Origin: Candidatus Thorarchaeota archaeon
Lineage (GTDB): Archaea > Asgardarchaeota > Thorarchaeia > Thorarchaeales > Thorarchaeaceae
Reading direction: 5' to 3'
Length of the DNA stretch: 64,000 bases
Assembly (NCBI GenBank): GCA_963726195.1
Contig: CAVSBO010000016.1
Coordinates: 160,001 to 224,000, forward strand
Shown here: piece after piece, positions 1 through 11,521 of the stretch
How the letters are laid out: each line of letters opens with the position of its first letter
Numbering within the stretch: the first letter of the stretch is position 1
Notes under the pieces: generated by a model
The model's input: only the letters and a program-made list of their open reading frames with translations
What the model was told of the DNA's origin: nothing
The model's database searches: none
Translations under genes and position numbers: made by a program

Positions 1-2343
1 CTGCGTCAAAGCTCGCAAGCGACTTCTCGATTGAAGATAGGCTGCCGTCCATCGCGATGGATGTCAAGTTGCCAAACTTTGGTGCCCAAGTAGCCTGTGT
101 CTTGTTGACATACTGATTGTACATAGTGTAGTCGATATCGTAAATCTTCACAAGACCATAGTCAGAGCTGACGTAGGGGTTCTTGAAAGCACCGTGCAAA
201 TCCACCGGCATGTGGCCCACCCAGCGAGTGTCCGACATGTATCCACCCGAAATCTCGTCGACGGATAGTCGGGTCGAGCTCAGACCCATTGCGGAGCCTT
301 CATCGGCAGTCGCCGGCTCTCCGTAGGACAGCAGCTTGAACAATGTGGATGAGTAGAACGGGTCGAGCGTATAATCAGTCTCGTGAACGTTCAGGGTAGA
401 TGGATCGTCACCTAGGTATGTGGCATCGGTTATCACCTTGCTCCCAAGGTAGTCCTCTGCAATGCGAACCATCCACGGCCACTTGCCTTCATCTCCACCG
501 AATCCAGCATATTCGTGCCCCCAGTACACGAGGACCTGCGTTGCATTCCACATCTTGAAAATTCTAAGAGATTCTGTGAGATTGAGAGCCATCAGGGCGT
601 AGCCCATCAGAGCTATCTGTGTGCCATTAATGGTTGCGTTGTCATCGATTGTCTTGGCGCCGCCTGCTCCGTTAATCCAGTATCCGTAATCCCACCAAGC
701 TGCAACCGTAGCTCCCGCCGGCATAACGCTGCGCAAGTGCGTCATCGCAGTCTGCCAGTCTCTTATCTGGTTATTGTTGTAGATACTGACAGGCGCAAAC
801 TCGGGACCAGTCATACTCACACCGTACTGGACGCCCAAGTAGACATTGACTGACAGCAGGAGGCCTAAGAATGTGAATGCTGCCAGGGCATGTTCTGACG
901 TCAAGGATGTGCTAATCCTGAAACGCCGACGCTCGAATACCGATCTCTGGGCAACTACCTTGGCAAATGGTGCAAGGATGGAGTCTGTTGCGACTGCCGC
1001 CAGCAAAGCTGCCGCTGGCGCCAGAATGAGAGCTGAGACGAATCATACTGCCTGTGAAGTATACAGCGGTCAGTCCGAACAGGACGATGAGCCAGTCTTC
1101 ATCACGGCCTCTCTTGAACAGAAAGTACATACCTAGTGGGAATAGGAATATCAGGACGGATAATGTCTGATAGAAGCTTGCCCAAGGAGTAGGGAGATGT
1201 TCAGCGACCGAATTGAAAATCCGCTCCTGTAACCGGAAGAACGGATTGATAACAGCTGAGGAACTTTCCCCCAACGAATGTTATCGGATTGGACCCCAGC
1301 GTTTCTATCGCTAGGTTCTGACCTGTTGCATAAATGAAATACGCAGTCGCTCCGATAGTGGGGGCTATCAAGCCTAGCAGCAGTGGTTTTGTGTGGGGAG
1401 CAAGAGCGCCTGCCGTGGCTTTGCGGTACTTGGTTATCCGCAACCAAATCTCATAGCATGCAAGCAGCACGCCCATGCCAGCAGGAGCGAGGAATGTAAT
1501 AGACGACAGAGTACCGGCATTTGCAAAACTGCTTCTTGGCAGCATGCCGCCTATGAAAAGTCCAATGCTGAGAGTGACCAGATAGCTGGTGAGCAAGCGT
1601 TTACTGTATCGACCGGTAAGTAGCATGAGCATTCCAAAAAGAGCAAATAAATCAGTTAGGAAATCAGAGGCACCCCATGAAACCTGAAGATAGCCTAAGC
1701 AAAGACCTGCAGCTACTGCTGATGGCAGAGATCCTCTCTTCAGCGCCCGGACAAAGAACAGAAGCGTAATAACAATCGCAAAGATTCCGACAGCCTCGTT
1801 ATCAAAGAACCCGGCAGTGGTTCTCTCTAGGTAAGCCGGCATGAATGCCATGAATAGCGCACTTAGTAGACCTACTGCTTTGTTCGACAGTTCCTTGCCC
1901 AAGAAATAGGCAATTATCGTTGTACATGCACCCATGAACGTACCCATAGCTATGGTGACGGACAACACACTCACGCTGATGCCGAGACCATTCACAAGGA
2001 AGTAGAGCGTCGCTGCCGTGAATGGAATACCAATGTAAGTCGAAGCAGGAATACTGCGACCGAATGGCACCCAACTAGTATAGTCATACCAAGTGAAGAA
2101 TGATGCATAACCATTTTGGGTGACATACTGTGTCACTTTGAGCTGGTACCAACAGTCGAATTCGTGGAGTATCGGCTGCGTGGCTAACGTAGGAGCCAGA
2201 CGGACCGCCCATGCCGCAAAGAACAGGATTGCAAGCGTAACAACTAACAGAATGGAGCCTCTAGATATCTTAGCCTTCGGTTTGTGGAACACCTGTCGGA
2301 ACAATCTTCCGATTGACTTCTTGAAGCTTCTCAGACTCGGCAT
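1..2343 (-). CDS. aglB: Oligosaccharyltransferase AglB/STT3 (3' end runs off window; apparent frameshifts near 1270 and ~1000)
   Basis: Multi-TM ORF with HEFDCW and GFFDNE motifs; downstream frames give AWWDYGYWI (~677-700), DNATIN and DEGKWPWMVRI, which are STT3-like motifs. Confidence 0.92.
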
Positions 2344-2532
2344 ACGGTGCTCTCCGTTCGAAGCTGCATTCGACCGACGCAAACTTGGATGCGCTAAAAA
2401 GGTTGCTGTTGGTGGAGCCATCGTACACATGTGTGCTCAATGAGAGTTAGTTCAAAGCAACGAAACGGTCTATGTCTTCCCCAGAGGATTATCCCGCGAG
2501 ATTCTGTTGTCGGAATACGAGTACTGCTTGTT

Positions 2533-2940
2533 CTATTTTGAAACAGTGAAAGCAGAATAGGCTTTGCTGTCCATCAGCTTCTTCAAATCCTGCTTCAGTG
2601 TCGAGGACTTGATTTTGCACATCCAGCCCTTGCCATAAGGATCCGCATTCACGATTTCGGGGGCATCATCCAGGGCCGTGTTTACCTCTGTGATTTGTCC
2701 ACTCACTGGCGAGAATACATCGGAGGATGCTTTCATGGACTCAACAAGACCGCATTCCTCGCCTGCAGTCACAGCAGTACCAGGTTCCTTAATCTCGACG
2801 AAAGTGATTTCATGAAGAGCGTTTTGTGCGTAATCGGTTATCCCAACGATAACCAAGTCACCTTGCACCTTTGCCCATTCGTGTTCCTTGGTATAATACA
2901 GCCCATCGACAACTTTCGTGCCTTTTGCACCCTTGGACAT
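2533..2940 (-). CDS. gcvH: Glycine cleavage system H protein
   Basis: YTKEHEW, GITDYAQ, lipoyl-lysine motif VESMKASSD, VNADPYGKGW. Confidence 0.97.
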   Translation of the reverse strand: MSKGAKGTKVVDGLYYTKEHEWAKVQGDLVIVGITDYAQNALHEITFVEIKEPGTAVTAGEECGLVESMKASSDVFSPVSGQITEVNTALDDAPEIVNADPYGKGWMCKIKSSTLKQDLKKLMDSKAYSAFTVSK

Positions 2941-2996
2941 CCAAACTCGCCTTCGTTCTTGACTGCAAATGAGACCGCTTTAAATCACTTTGCATT

Positions 2997-4143
2997 CTAT
3001 CGAGCCCGATTTTCACCATACACCTGAGAGTCGTAGAAAGGCCAGCCGGTCACTCGTGCTTTTCGTACTCTGCCCTTGATGTCAATATCTACTGCATCGC
3101 CTTCTTTTGCGCTGTCTGGCCTGACATATGCCATCGCAATGCCACAATCTAGCACGGGAGACATGCCGCCACTTGTGACTGTTCCTATCTTCTCACCGTT
3201 GACCAAAACTGGGTATTGTTCACGAGGAATTCCCTTGTCTATCATTATCAGTCCAATGCGCGTCTTTGTGACACCAGTCTCCTTCTGCTTTGCAAGAGCA
3301 TCATACCCAATGTAGTGAGGGTCTACCTTGAATTTGACTGCATAAGAAATACGAGCCTCGAGTGGGGTTGTGTTCTCGTCGAGCTCGTGACCGTAGAGCA
3401 CTAATCCAGCTTCAAGACGCGTTGAGTCTCTCGCACCAAGTCCACACGGCTTGACCCCGAAGTCCTTGCCCTGCGTAAGTATCTCCTCCCAGAAAGCAAT
3501 GGCCTTCTTCTTTCCCGCTTCATTGAAGGGGGTATCTAGCAGCAGTATCTCGCCTCCCTCTTCGCCTGTGTATCCGGTTCTGCATAGGTAGCAATCCCGT
3601 CCAGCAATCTTTACGGAATTGCAGCTGAACCGTGGCAGCCCCCTCATGTCTGTCCGTGCCATCTTTGAAAGCAAATCTAGCGCCTTTGGCCCTTGCACTG
3701 CAATCATGACCACGTCCTTGGACCGGTCCTCGACGACAACTTTGAAGCGCTTGGCATTTGCCATCAGATGAGACTTGATCTTCGGGCCATTGGACGCATT
3801 GGTTATCCATATGAATCTCTGTTCGCCAATCCTGTAAATCATTAGGTCGTCATGGATCCCGCCATTCTCATTGAGACACGTAGCATAGTGACCCTCATTG
3901 AGCCCAAGCTTAGCAACGTTATTCGTCGTCAGAGTCTGCAGGAAATCAGCAACCTGTGGGCCACTGATGAAAAATCGTGACATATGTGTTGTATCAAATA
4001 CGCCGACTGCTTCCCTGACCGCCATGTGCTCTTCACGGATATCAGTGAACCGCACCGGCATCTCCCATCCTGCAAAAGGAACAACATCGCCATGGGATTT
4101 GTGCCACTCATAAAGGTGAGTTCTTTCTAAGCTTCTCGCTCAA
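2997..4143 (-). CDS. gcvT: Glycine cleavage system T protein (aminomethyltransferase)
   Basis: FAGWEMP upstream in frame, RTGYTGE, GLGARDSTRLEAG; start uncertain (indel near 5' end). Confidence 0.95.
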
Positions 4144-4293
4144 TGATATCACCGCATTTCCTGCTGGGGGTGTCAAACCCTCTAGGTTTTATGTTCTTCC
4201 ATATACCTCCGTCAAACGAGGCGAAGAATCATCGGCCGCTATAGTACCAGCATATGCGGAATTGAAATTGGTGCGGGACGGCGGACTAGGGTC

Positions 4294-5445
4294 ATGGGAG
4301 TGCTCAACCTTTCGCCAGAGTCGTTCTACCGTGGTTCGGTTGTGAGCGACCCCGATGAGATTCATGAGGCGGTGGAAGGCATGGAGAAGGATGGAGCGGA
4401 TTTCATCGATGTGGGAGCGGCCTCGACAGCGCCCAAGAACGTCTATGGTACAACAGATGTGAGCGAGACGGAAGAACTGAGAAGAATCAGGGACCTGCTA
4501 GGATTAGTTGTTGAGCGCACAAGACTACCGATATCGATTGATACAAGGTCGGCCTCAGTTGCAGAAGCGGCTCTAGATATGGGCGCCTCTTTGGTCAATG
4601 ATACTTCCGGCCTTCGTGAAGACACCCGCATGGCGAAGCTTGTTGCTGACAGGGCAGTCCCCATTGTATTAATGGCCAATTGCGGAGAGCCGTGCGCAAA
4701 TCCTGAGGCCGCCTTGGATTCTCTTGTTCTCAGTATCAAGAATGCAACAGACGCGGGGGTGGGCTCGGATCAGATAATCATAGATCCAGGAGTTGGGTTT
4801 GGTAAGCCCGTAGAGACGGATTGTGCTATCTTGAAGAACCTGAGGATCTTCTCGCTACTTGGACGGCCGCTTCTTGTCGGCGTATCTAGAAAAGCATTCA
4901 TTGGCGAATTGCTTGGTTTGCCGGATCCAGCACAACGACTTACTGGAACCATTGCTGCTACCTCAATCGCCGTTCTGAATGGTGCCGATATCATACGCGC
5001 ACATGACGTAAGAGAAGCGCGTGCGGCTGCTACGATTGGAGAAGCATTGAGAATGCCTGTTTCATGGTGTGGGAATGGCATAGAGATACTCGCTCCGTGC
5101 AATGAAAAAGAGGCAGAGCTGCTGATACAGCAGGTTGGTACCAGTGCAGAAATCACGAGACAGCTTGCCAGCAAGGCCTCAATGCTCAGCATCTTGGTCA
5201 GAGATGTTCAGACGCCGGCAGCCCTAATACTGAAACAGGAAATGCTTGCAGTCGGAGGAGACGCCGCTTATCATCGTGATGTGATAGACCACAAAACTGA
5301 TCGCACAGACGTATTGGTAATAGGGACTCCTCTTCACCTCAACAAACTGGTAAAGAGAATAACGACAATGCGAGACTTCGGGCTCGCTGACATTGGCTCC
5401 GGAATTCAGGACGTTATGAGCAAGCGCAACTTAGACTCAGGGTGA
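4294..5445 (+). CDS. folP: Dihydropteroate synthase with extra C-terminal domain
   Basis: MGVLNLSPESF, ISIDT, DPGVGFGK, GVSRK, IIRAHDV; true start probably slightly upstream. Confidence 0.93.
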   Translation: MGVLNLSPESFYRGSVVSDPDEIHEAVEGMEKDGADFIDVGAASTAPKNVYGTTDVSETEELRRIRDLLGLVVERTRLPISIDTRSASVAEAALDMGASLVNDTSGLREDTRMAKLVADRAVPIVLMANCGEPCANPEAALDSLVLSIKNATDAGVGSDQIIIDPGVGFGKPVETDCAILKNLRIFSLLGRPLLVGVSRKAFIGELLGLPDPAQRLTGTIAATSIAVLNGADIIRAHDVREARAAATIGEALRMPVSWCGNGIEILAPCNEKEAELLIQQVGTSAEITRQLASKASMLSILVRDVQTPAALILKQEMLAVGGDAAYHRDVIDHKTDRTDVLVIGTPLHLNKLVKRITTMRDFGLADIGSGIQDVMSKRNLDSG

Positions 5446-5451
5446 TCGTGG

Positions 5452-6165
5452 ATGGATTGGTCAGAATGGCAGCCGGCCTATCTTGCTATAGCGAGGAGAC
5501 TCGGTCTGAGTATTGATGCTGACAGGAAGGCCACAGCTCTGCTTACCACGTTGCTCAAGGACGTTAATCCGGTCCCCCTTCTCGAGCAGCTCGAGAACAA
5601 GATTCAGAACCGTACTGTGGTGGTATGTGGCGCAGGTCCATCTTTGGGACGACAGCTGGATGAAGCGATATCAGGACAAGGAACAGCAGATGCAGTCTAT
5701 GTGGCCGCGGATGGCGCCGCATCTGCATTCTTGGAACTAGGCAGAGAGTGCGATATCCTCGTGACCGACCTTGATGGGAATAATGATGACCTGAAAACCG
5801 TGATAGACCATGGAGCTCTGCCGATAATACATGCACATGGCGACAACATGAATAGAATAGAACGATTCGTGCCCCGACTCACGAAGACACTTGGCAGCAC
5901 CCAAGTGGAACCGACTGATAGGGCCCTTCTGTGGGGAGGATTCACGGACGGAGACAGGGCGTGCCACATAGTTCTTCATTATGCTCCCAAACGCCTGATA
6001 CTTGTCGGCATGGACTTTGGAAACGTGGTAGGACGCTGGTCGAAGCCAAACAGACCCTCGCATTTCGAAGCAGACAGGAGAAAGCGAATCAAGTTGGAAA
6101 TCGCAGAACAGCTGATTTCGGGTCTGTTGACAAGAACAAGCGTTCCATGTGCTTTCATGGTCTGA
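5452..6165 (+). CDS. mptE: 6-hydroxymethyl-7,8-dihydropterin pyrophosphokinase (MptE/DUF115)
   Basis: GAGPSL, AADGA, VTDLDG, HAHGDN, GGFTDGDRA, GMDFG; adjacent to folP. Confidence 0.92.
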   Translation: MDWSEWQPAYLAIARRLGLSIDADRKATALLTTLLKDVNPVPLLEQLENKIQNRTVVVCGAGPSLGRQLDEAISGQGTADAVYVAADGAASAFLELGRECDILVTDLDGNNDDLKTVIDHGALPIIHAHGDNMNRIERFVPRLTKTLGSTQVEPTDRALLWGGFTDGDRACHIVLHYAPKRLILVGMDFGNVVGRWSKPNRPSHFEADRRKRIKLEIAEQLISGLLTRTSVPCAFMV

Positions 6166-6217
6166 TGCTCACAAATCTGGCACGGATAATCTCTGTCAGC
6201 AGTCTGATGTTTGGTAT

Positions 6218-6628
6218 CTACTTCAGGCTGTAGAGGTAGCTCATGATTAGGAACGCAGTTCCACCCAGCACTGCACCAAGAATCATCAGACGGGTTGCAT
6301 AGCCCGGCTGAAATACATACTTGGAAGCGAGGTAGAAGAGCCCGACGCCAACTGTACCGATGAATATGACAGCCGATGCTACAATTCCCTCCAGTCCAAG
6401 CTGAACATCAATGCTGGGTGCAATCAGAATGGGTGTGCTCAAGGAATTGGCAGCAATTGCAGGAGGTGTCTTGACAAGAGTGTAGATGTTGCCACCAAGA
6501 ATGAATAGCACTGCCAGAAACATAGCTCCAAAGATGATTATGTCAGGGGGACGTGCTGGCATACGGAACCGGGGTCTCGAAAGCCGGACTCTTGGTTTGA
6601 CAATGAATTTCGGCCACCATACTGGCAA
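6218..6628 (-). CDS. OSTC/DC2 (OST3/OST6-family)-like membrane protein
   Basis: Three TM segments with GxIY..V..PP and Q..LEG..AS pattern resembling eukaryotic OSTC/DC2. Confidence 0.7.
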   Translation of the reverse strand: MPVWWPKFIVKPRVRLSRPRFRMPARPPDIIIFGAMFLAVLFILGGNIYTLVKTPPAIAANSLSTPILIAPSIDVQLGLEGIVASAVIFIGTVGVGLFYLASKYVFQPGYATRLMILGAVLGGTAFLIMSYLYSLK

Positions 6629-6778
6629 CTGGCGAACCTCGCAGGCAGAGTCCAGCAGTCTGCTTTTAAGAATATCGTGAAATGCAGTCTTGTACTATGA
6701 CACGAGCATATCTTCTGAGGCACTGTTTAATATTGTAGGTGCATCAGCACTAGAACGAACAAGGAAAGGCGACTAGGA

Positions 6779-8911
6779 GTGTCTCGTGTTCTTGTGATTT
6801 CTGAGAAGCCAAATGCAGCCAAGAGAATAGCCGAAGCCCTCGACGAGAACGAGAATCCTCACGAAATCAAGGTTGGCAGTGTTTCTTATTATGAGTGCAC
6901 CAGAGGTGAGGATACGATATGGGTTGCTTATGCTCTTGGTCATCTCTACGAACTCCGCCAGACGGAAAGGGGGTGGAGCTATCCGAGACTCGAGACTGAA
7001 TGGGTTCCGAAGTACGAAGTGGAGAAGAAAAGTGCGAAGACTCGGCCTCTTGTTGCTCTCTTCAAGCGACTTGCAGGACAAGCAGATAGATTCGTGGTGG
7101 CCACTGACTACGATATCGAAGGTAGCCTGATTGGTTACTTGGTATTGAAGCTCGCCTGCGAGGTTAACACAGCAACGGCCCAAAGGATGGTGTTCTCATC
7201 GCTCACCAAATCGGATCTTGTGGAGGCATATCAGAACGTAAGGTCGAATCTTGATTTTCCAATGATAGAATCTGGTTGCGTGCGGCACCAAGTAGACTGG
7301 CTCTATGGAATCAATCTCACGCGAGCCTTCACTCTCTCGATTAGGAAGGCTAGTGGATGGTTCAGAATAGTCTCAACGGGTAGGGTGCAGGGACCGACAC
7401 TGGCATTCGTGGCCCTACGTGACAAGGAAATCAACTTGTTCGTGCCCACACCATTCTGGGACATCACCATCCAAGGTACCCATGACGGCCACGAGCTGGA
7501 AATCGAGTACAGCGGTGGTCATATTGACACGAAGACCGGGGCATACGCATTGGCTGAAGAAATCGGGGGAAGGACAGCCTATGTGGATTCAGTCAAACAG
7601 AGGTCCGTCGTGCAGCCTGCGCCAGCTCCGTTCAACCTGAGCGATTTGCAGACTGAGGCGTACAGGCAGTTCGGATTCAGGCCAAGCAGGACTCTTGCCC
7701 TAGCACAGAAGCTTTACCTTGAAGCTCTGATTTCCTATCCCAGAACGAGCAGCCAGAAGATTCCGCCAAGTCTTGATATCAAAGCCATTCTGAACGGTCT
7801 CCAACAACTGACAAGATTCGGTCCTCTTGTGAGACGCCTGCTTCAACAGCCACAGCTGACTCCGGCACAGGGTGAGAAAGACGACCCTGCTCACCCTGCA
7901 ATACATCCAACAGGGGCCCGAGCGAGCGAAGAACTGACACCAAGCGAAAAGAAGGTCTTCGACCTCGTTGTGCACAGATTCCTTGCATCATTTGGAGAAG
8001 CAGCGGTCAAGAAGACCGTCAGAGTGGAGATTTCATGTGGCGAGCACTCATTCTACATGAGAGGAGCAAAGGTACTGAAGGCAGGATGGATGGAGTTCTA
8101 TGGTCCCTTTGCACGATCAGAAGAGAGACCCGTGCCGTCACTTAGCAAGGGAGGTGAAATCTATCTTGCATCAGCGAGAGTCGATGAGAAGTATACGTCA
8201 CCGCCATCCAGGTTTAACCCATCGAGTTTGCTGAGGCTACTTGAGGAAGAGAACCTAGGTACGAAGGCCACCCGGTCCGAAATCGTTGATTCGATTGGCT
8301 CACGAGGATACACCGCGGGAGATAGATTCGAGCTGTCATCGCTCGGTTACGCTGCCTATGAGACCCTTCAACAGCACGTTCCGACACTGCTATCCGCTGA
8401 CATGACTCGCACGTTGGAAGAGAAGATGGAAGAGATACAACAGGGCTCACTTCACAGGGAGAGCGTGCTTTCAGAAGCCAAGAACAATCTTATCGGTCTA
8501 CTCGAGAACATCAGGTCTCAAGAAGATACGATTGGTCAGGCCCTAGTGAAAGGTTTGCAGAGGTATTGGAGAGAGGAACAAGAAATCGGACCATGTCCTG
8601 TTTGCAAGGACGGAACTCTCGTTGTGGTCTATTCACCAAGGAGTGGAAAGAGATTCATCGGATGCTCGAACTACCGCAAGGGCACATGTGGTACGACTTT
8701 CCCGTTGCCTCAGAAGGGGAAAATCGTTTCCCTAGACAAAGTGTGTCCTCATTGTGGTTACAGAATGATCAGAATACTGTCAGGCAGAAGAGGATGGGAA
8801 ACGTGCATCAACTGGGCGAACTGCCCGGGTCGACAAGAGGAACTCAAGACTATTGCGGAGAGGAGAGCAGGCAAAGGGAGAATCAAGCCAGTCGAGGATG
8901 GAGATACATGA
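6779..8911 (+). CDS. topA: DNA topoisomerase type IA with C-terminal zinc ribbons
   Basis: ISEKP, ATDYDIEG, STGRVQGPTL, catalytic ISYPRT, AHPAIHPT, LGTKATR. Confidence 0.97.
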   Translation: MSRVLVISEKPNAAKRIAEALDENENPHEIKVGSVSYYECTRGEDTIWVAYALGHLYELRQTERGWSYPRLETEWVPKYEVEKKSAKTRPLVALFKRLAGQADRFVVATDYDIEGSLIGYLVLKLACEVNTATAQRMVFSSLTKSDLVEAYQNVRSNLDFPMIESGCVRHQVDWLYGINLTRAFTLSIRKASGWFRIVSTGRVQGPTLAFVALRDKEINLFVPTPFWDITIQGTHDGHELEIEYSGGHIDTKTGAYALAEEIGGRTAYVDSVKQRSVVQPAPAPFNLSDLQTEAYRQFGFRPSRTLALAQKLYLEALISYPRTSSQKIPPSLDIKAILNGLQQLTRFGPLVRRLLQQPQLTPAQGEKDDPAHPAIHPTGARASEELTPSEKKVFDLVVHRFLASFGEAAVKKTVRVEISCGEHSFYMRGAKVLKAGWMEFYGPFARSEERPVPSLSKGGEIYLASARVDEKYTSPPSRFNPSSLLRLLEEENLGTKATRSEIVDSIGSRGYTAGDRFELSSLGYAAYETLQQHVPTLLSADMTRTLEEKMEEIQQGSLHRESVLSEAKNNLIGLLENIRSQEDTIGQALVKGLQRYWREEQEIGPCPVCKDGTLVVVYSPRSGKRFIGCSNYRKGTCGTTFPLPQKGKIVSLDKVCPHCGYRMIRILSGRRGWETCINWANCPGRQEELKTIAERRAGKGRIKPVEDGDT

Positions 8912-9141
8912 CCGACTGCCCCATTTGCTCTCGCGAGTCCACAAGCGGCACGGACCTTTGTGAATACCATGAGGAAGCGCTGATTAGACTTCGTGATGCT
9001 TTCAAAAAATGGGAGAGAGCCATGGGTATTGGGTGGGACGAGTATCTGTCCAAAATTGCCCGTGTTGAAGGCTTAGGAGCTTGGGTTCGGGAAATTGTCG
9101 CATATCTCACTTCGAGAGATGCTGTCTCAACGCCTTCGTAA
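8908..9141 (+). CDS. Small putative Zn-binding protein (CxxC...CxxH)
   Basis: ATG overlaps the topA stop (ATGA); MTDCPICS...LCEYH. Confidence 0.65.
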   Translation: MTDCPICSRESTSGTDLCEYHEEALIRLRDAFKKWERAMGIGWDEYLSKIARVEGLGAWVREIVAYLTSRDAVSTPS

Positions 9142-9451
9142 TGTCAATCATGAGAGCCCTAGTTAGATCCTTCACAGCAATTATCATCATACACATCTGA
9201 CCAGTGCTTTTTGCAACATTCTCTGCCAAAATGCGCACTTGCATGGCGTCATCACCGACAGACAGAAGCCCAGTGGAGGTCGGTTCAACTCGGCCTTGGC
9301 CTGCAGGGATTGCCACTGCTGATAGGCCCAAGCGAAAACGTTCAGAGTCGGATATCAATACTAGTAGGCCGTTCTCAAGGCCCATCACTCTAATCTTGAG
9401 CCGGCCATGCTCACTTTCGTACTCAAAATCGCGGACACCGTCGAGCGCCAT
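9107..9451 (-). CDS. Hypothetical protein, possibly proteasome assembly chaperone (PAC3/4)-like fold
   Basis: 114-aa alpha/beta ORF; family assignment by pattern only. Confidence 0.45.
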   Translation of the reverse strand: MALDGVRDFEYESEHGRLKIRVMGLENGLLVLISDSERFRLGLSAVAIPAGQGRVEPTSTGLLSVGDDAMQVRILAENVAKSTGQMCMMIIAVKDLTRALMIDITKALRQHLSK

Positions 9452-9574
9452 GTGACAATCCCGATTTATACTGTAAGCAATTGGCCATAAATCAGTAACT
9501 AGCGGACTGAGGAATGTGCTGGTCTTGTTGTTCGAAGGTAGAAAACAACACTGTTATGTATCGAGAGGAACCTG

Positions 9575-11521
9575 TTGACGTTGGAAAGGACAATGAGTGG
9601 CAGATTCTCCCACATGGACTTCTTCCCTTACTCCGAAATCCGGAAAGGGCAGGAAGACATGATGCAACTCATTGAGAACTCAGTCAGGGAAGGAAGAGAC
9701 ACATGTCTGGAGGCGCCGAATGGTTTTGGAAAGACATGTGCGGCGCTCTGTGGTGTCTTGCCTTGGGTCAAAGAGAACAGGGGAAAGAGCCTCTATTGTG
9801 CTAGGACACACAGGCAGCTCGACCGGGTAATAGAGGAACTTGATGTCATATCCAAACGCATGGACGTGACGGGTGTTTCTTTCAGAGGAAGGCAACACAT
9901 GTGCCTGAATGAGTTCATCACGAAAACCACGGACCTCATCGCACCAGTCAGCGAGGTGTGTGGGCAGCTCAAGGCGGCACATAGCTGTTCATACTACGAG
10001 CATTTCAAGACCTTGGTCATGTCAGACGACCCTTTTGAGGACATGCCAAAGAAAGCAATGAACGCGGTGGAAATCATATCCGTTGCGAAACAATGGAGGG
10101 TATGCCCGTACGAGATGGCCAAGACATTGGCTAAAGCAGCTGACATTATCGCTCTTTCGTATCTCTACGTGTTCGATCCGTTCATCCTTGAGTCCTTTGC
10201 ACCAGAAATTGGAACTCCAATGTCGATGGCTGTACTCGTGCAAGACGAGGCGCACAACGTTCCATTTACAGCCCTCGATTCGGCCAGTGATTCACTGCCC
10301 CTCGGGACCATCAGACAGGCAATGAGAGAAGCCGAAACATACAACGATCACACAACAAGGGACTTCTGTCGTGAGTTGGCTAAGAAGCTAATAGAACTAT
10401 CCAGCGGAATGGGAGAGAACGAAGAGACGGGCATAGATCCAAAGGAACTCTATAAGTCAGTTGTTGGTGCATCAGGCCTAAGCCCGGAAATCCAGCCTCT
10501 GCCCTACATGAGTAGCTTCGGTTCCAAAATCAGAATGGGGCTCCTGAGAGCGGGCAAGTTCCCCAAATCAGCAATCTACAGGGTTGCAGAGTTTCTTCTG
10601 AAATGGGTGCGATGCAGCCAACGTGACGACTATGGCTTCATACTGACTTCAAGACATGAAAGCGGGCAAAGCAAGAGAATCTCCATTGACCTTGTCGCAT
10701 TGGACCCGACGAATGTAACTGGTCCGGTACTAAAGCAGGTGCACTGTTCTGTTGCGATGTCAGGCACACTCTCTCCACTAGATGCTTATTCAGAAATGCT
10801 GGGACTCGAAAAGGACAACATGAAAGCCGCATTTCGCAGTCCATTTGGGCCACGCAACAGGCTTGGCATAATCGTGGAAGGCTTGGACACCTCGTACGAA
10901 GGCAGAAGCGCAACCCTGTTTCAAAGAATGGTTGACCACTGCGTTGCTGTCACTAACGCGACACATGGTAACACAGGGATATTCGCAGTCAGCTACTCGG
11001 TCGCAGATTCTTTGATCAAGGCAGGACTGGAAAAGAGGCTCAAGAAGAAACTGTTCATTGAAAGGCAAGGGTCGAAAGCAAACGAAAACGACGTCATGAT
11101 AGAGGATTTCAAGGGAAGAGGAGAGGGTGGAGGAGCGGTCCTGTTGGGCGTTCAGGGCGGACGAAACTCTGAAGGAGGGGATTTCCCCGGTCCGGCCATG
11201 GAGAGTGTCGTGGTTGTGGGCGTTCCTTATGCGAGGCCAAGCCCACGAATTGAGGCGCTGATACAGTATTTCGACAAGCGCTTCTCGGGTAAGGGAAGAG
11301 AGTATGCTTATGTCCTGCCTTCAATGACAAGAGCGATTCAGGCCGCTGGTAGGCCGGTGAGACGCCTGTCTGACAAAGGTGCGATTGTATTCTTGGACCA
11401 GCGTTTTGCATCACCATATCTTCGGAAGTACTTGCCTTCTTGGCTTGATGAAGTGACAGGAACAATAGCAGATGATCCCACCGCGGTCGCAGAAAGAATT
11501 GAGGCGTTCTTCTCAAGCTAA
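9575..11521 (+). CDS. xpd: XPD/Rad3-family Fe-S DNA helicase
   Basis: APNGFGKT, RTHxQ, Fe-S cysteines including CPY, DEAHN, SGTL, QAAGRPVR. Confidence 0.95.
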   Translation: MTLERTMSGRFSHMDFFPYSEIRKGQEDMMQLIENSVREGRDTCLEAPNGFGKTCAALCGVLPWVKENRGKSLYCARTHRQLDRVIEELDVISKRMDVTGVSFRGRQHMCLNEFITKTTDLIAPVSEVCGQLKAAHSCSYYEHFKTLVMSDDPFEDMPKKAMNAVEIISVAKQWRVCPYEMAKTLAKAADIIALSYLYVFDPFILESFAPEIGTPMSMAVLVQDEAHNVPFTALDSASDSLPLGTIRQAMREAETYNDHTTRDFCRELAKKLIELSSGMGENEETGIDPKELYKSVVGASGLSPEIQPLPYMSSFGSKIRMGLLRAGKFPKSAIYRVAEFLLKWVRCSQRDDYGFILTSRHESGQSKRISIDLVALDPTNVTGPVLKQVHCSVAMSGTLSPLDAYSEMLGLEKDNMKAAFRSPFGPRNRLGIIVEGLDTSYEGRSATLFQRMVDHCVAVTNATHGNTGIFAVSYSVADSLIKAGLEKRLKKKLFIERQGSKANENDVMIEDFKGRGEGGGAVLLGVQGGRNSEGGDFPGPAMESVVVVGVPYARPSPRIEALIQYFDKRFSGKGREYAYVLPSMTRAIQAAGRPVRRLSDKGAIVFLDQRFASPYLRKYLPSWLDEVTGTIADDPTAVAERIEAFFSS

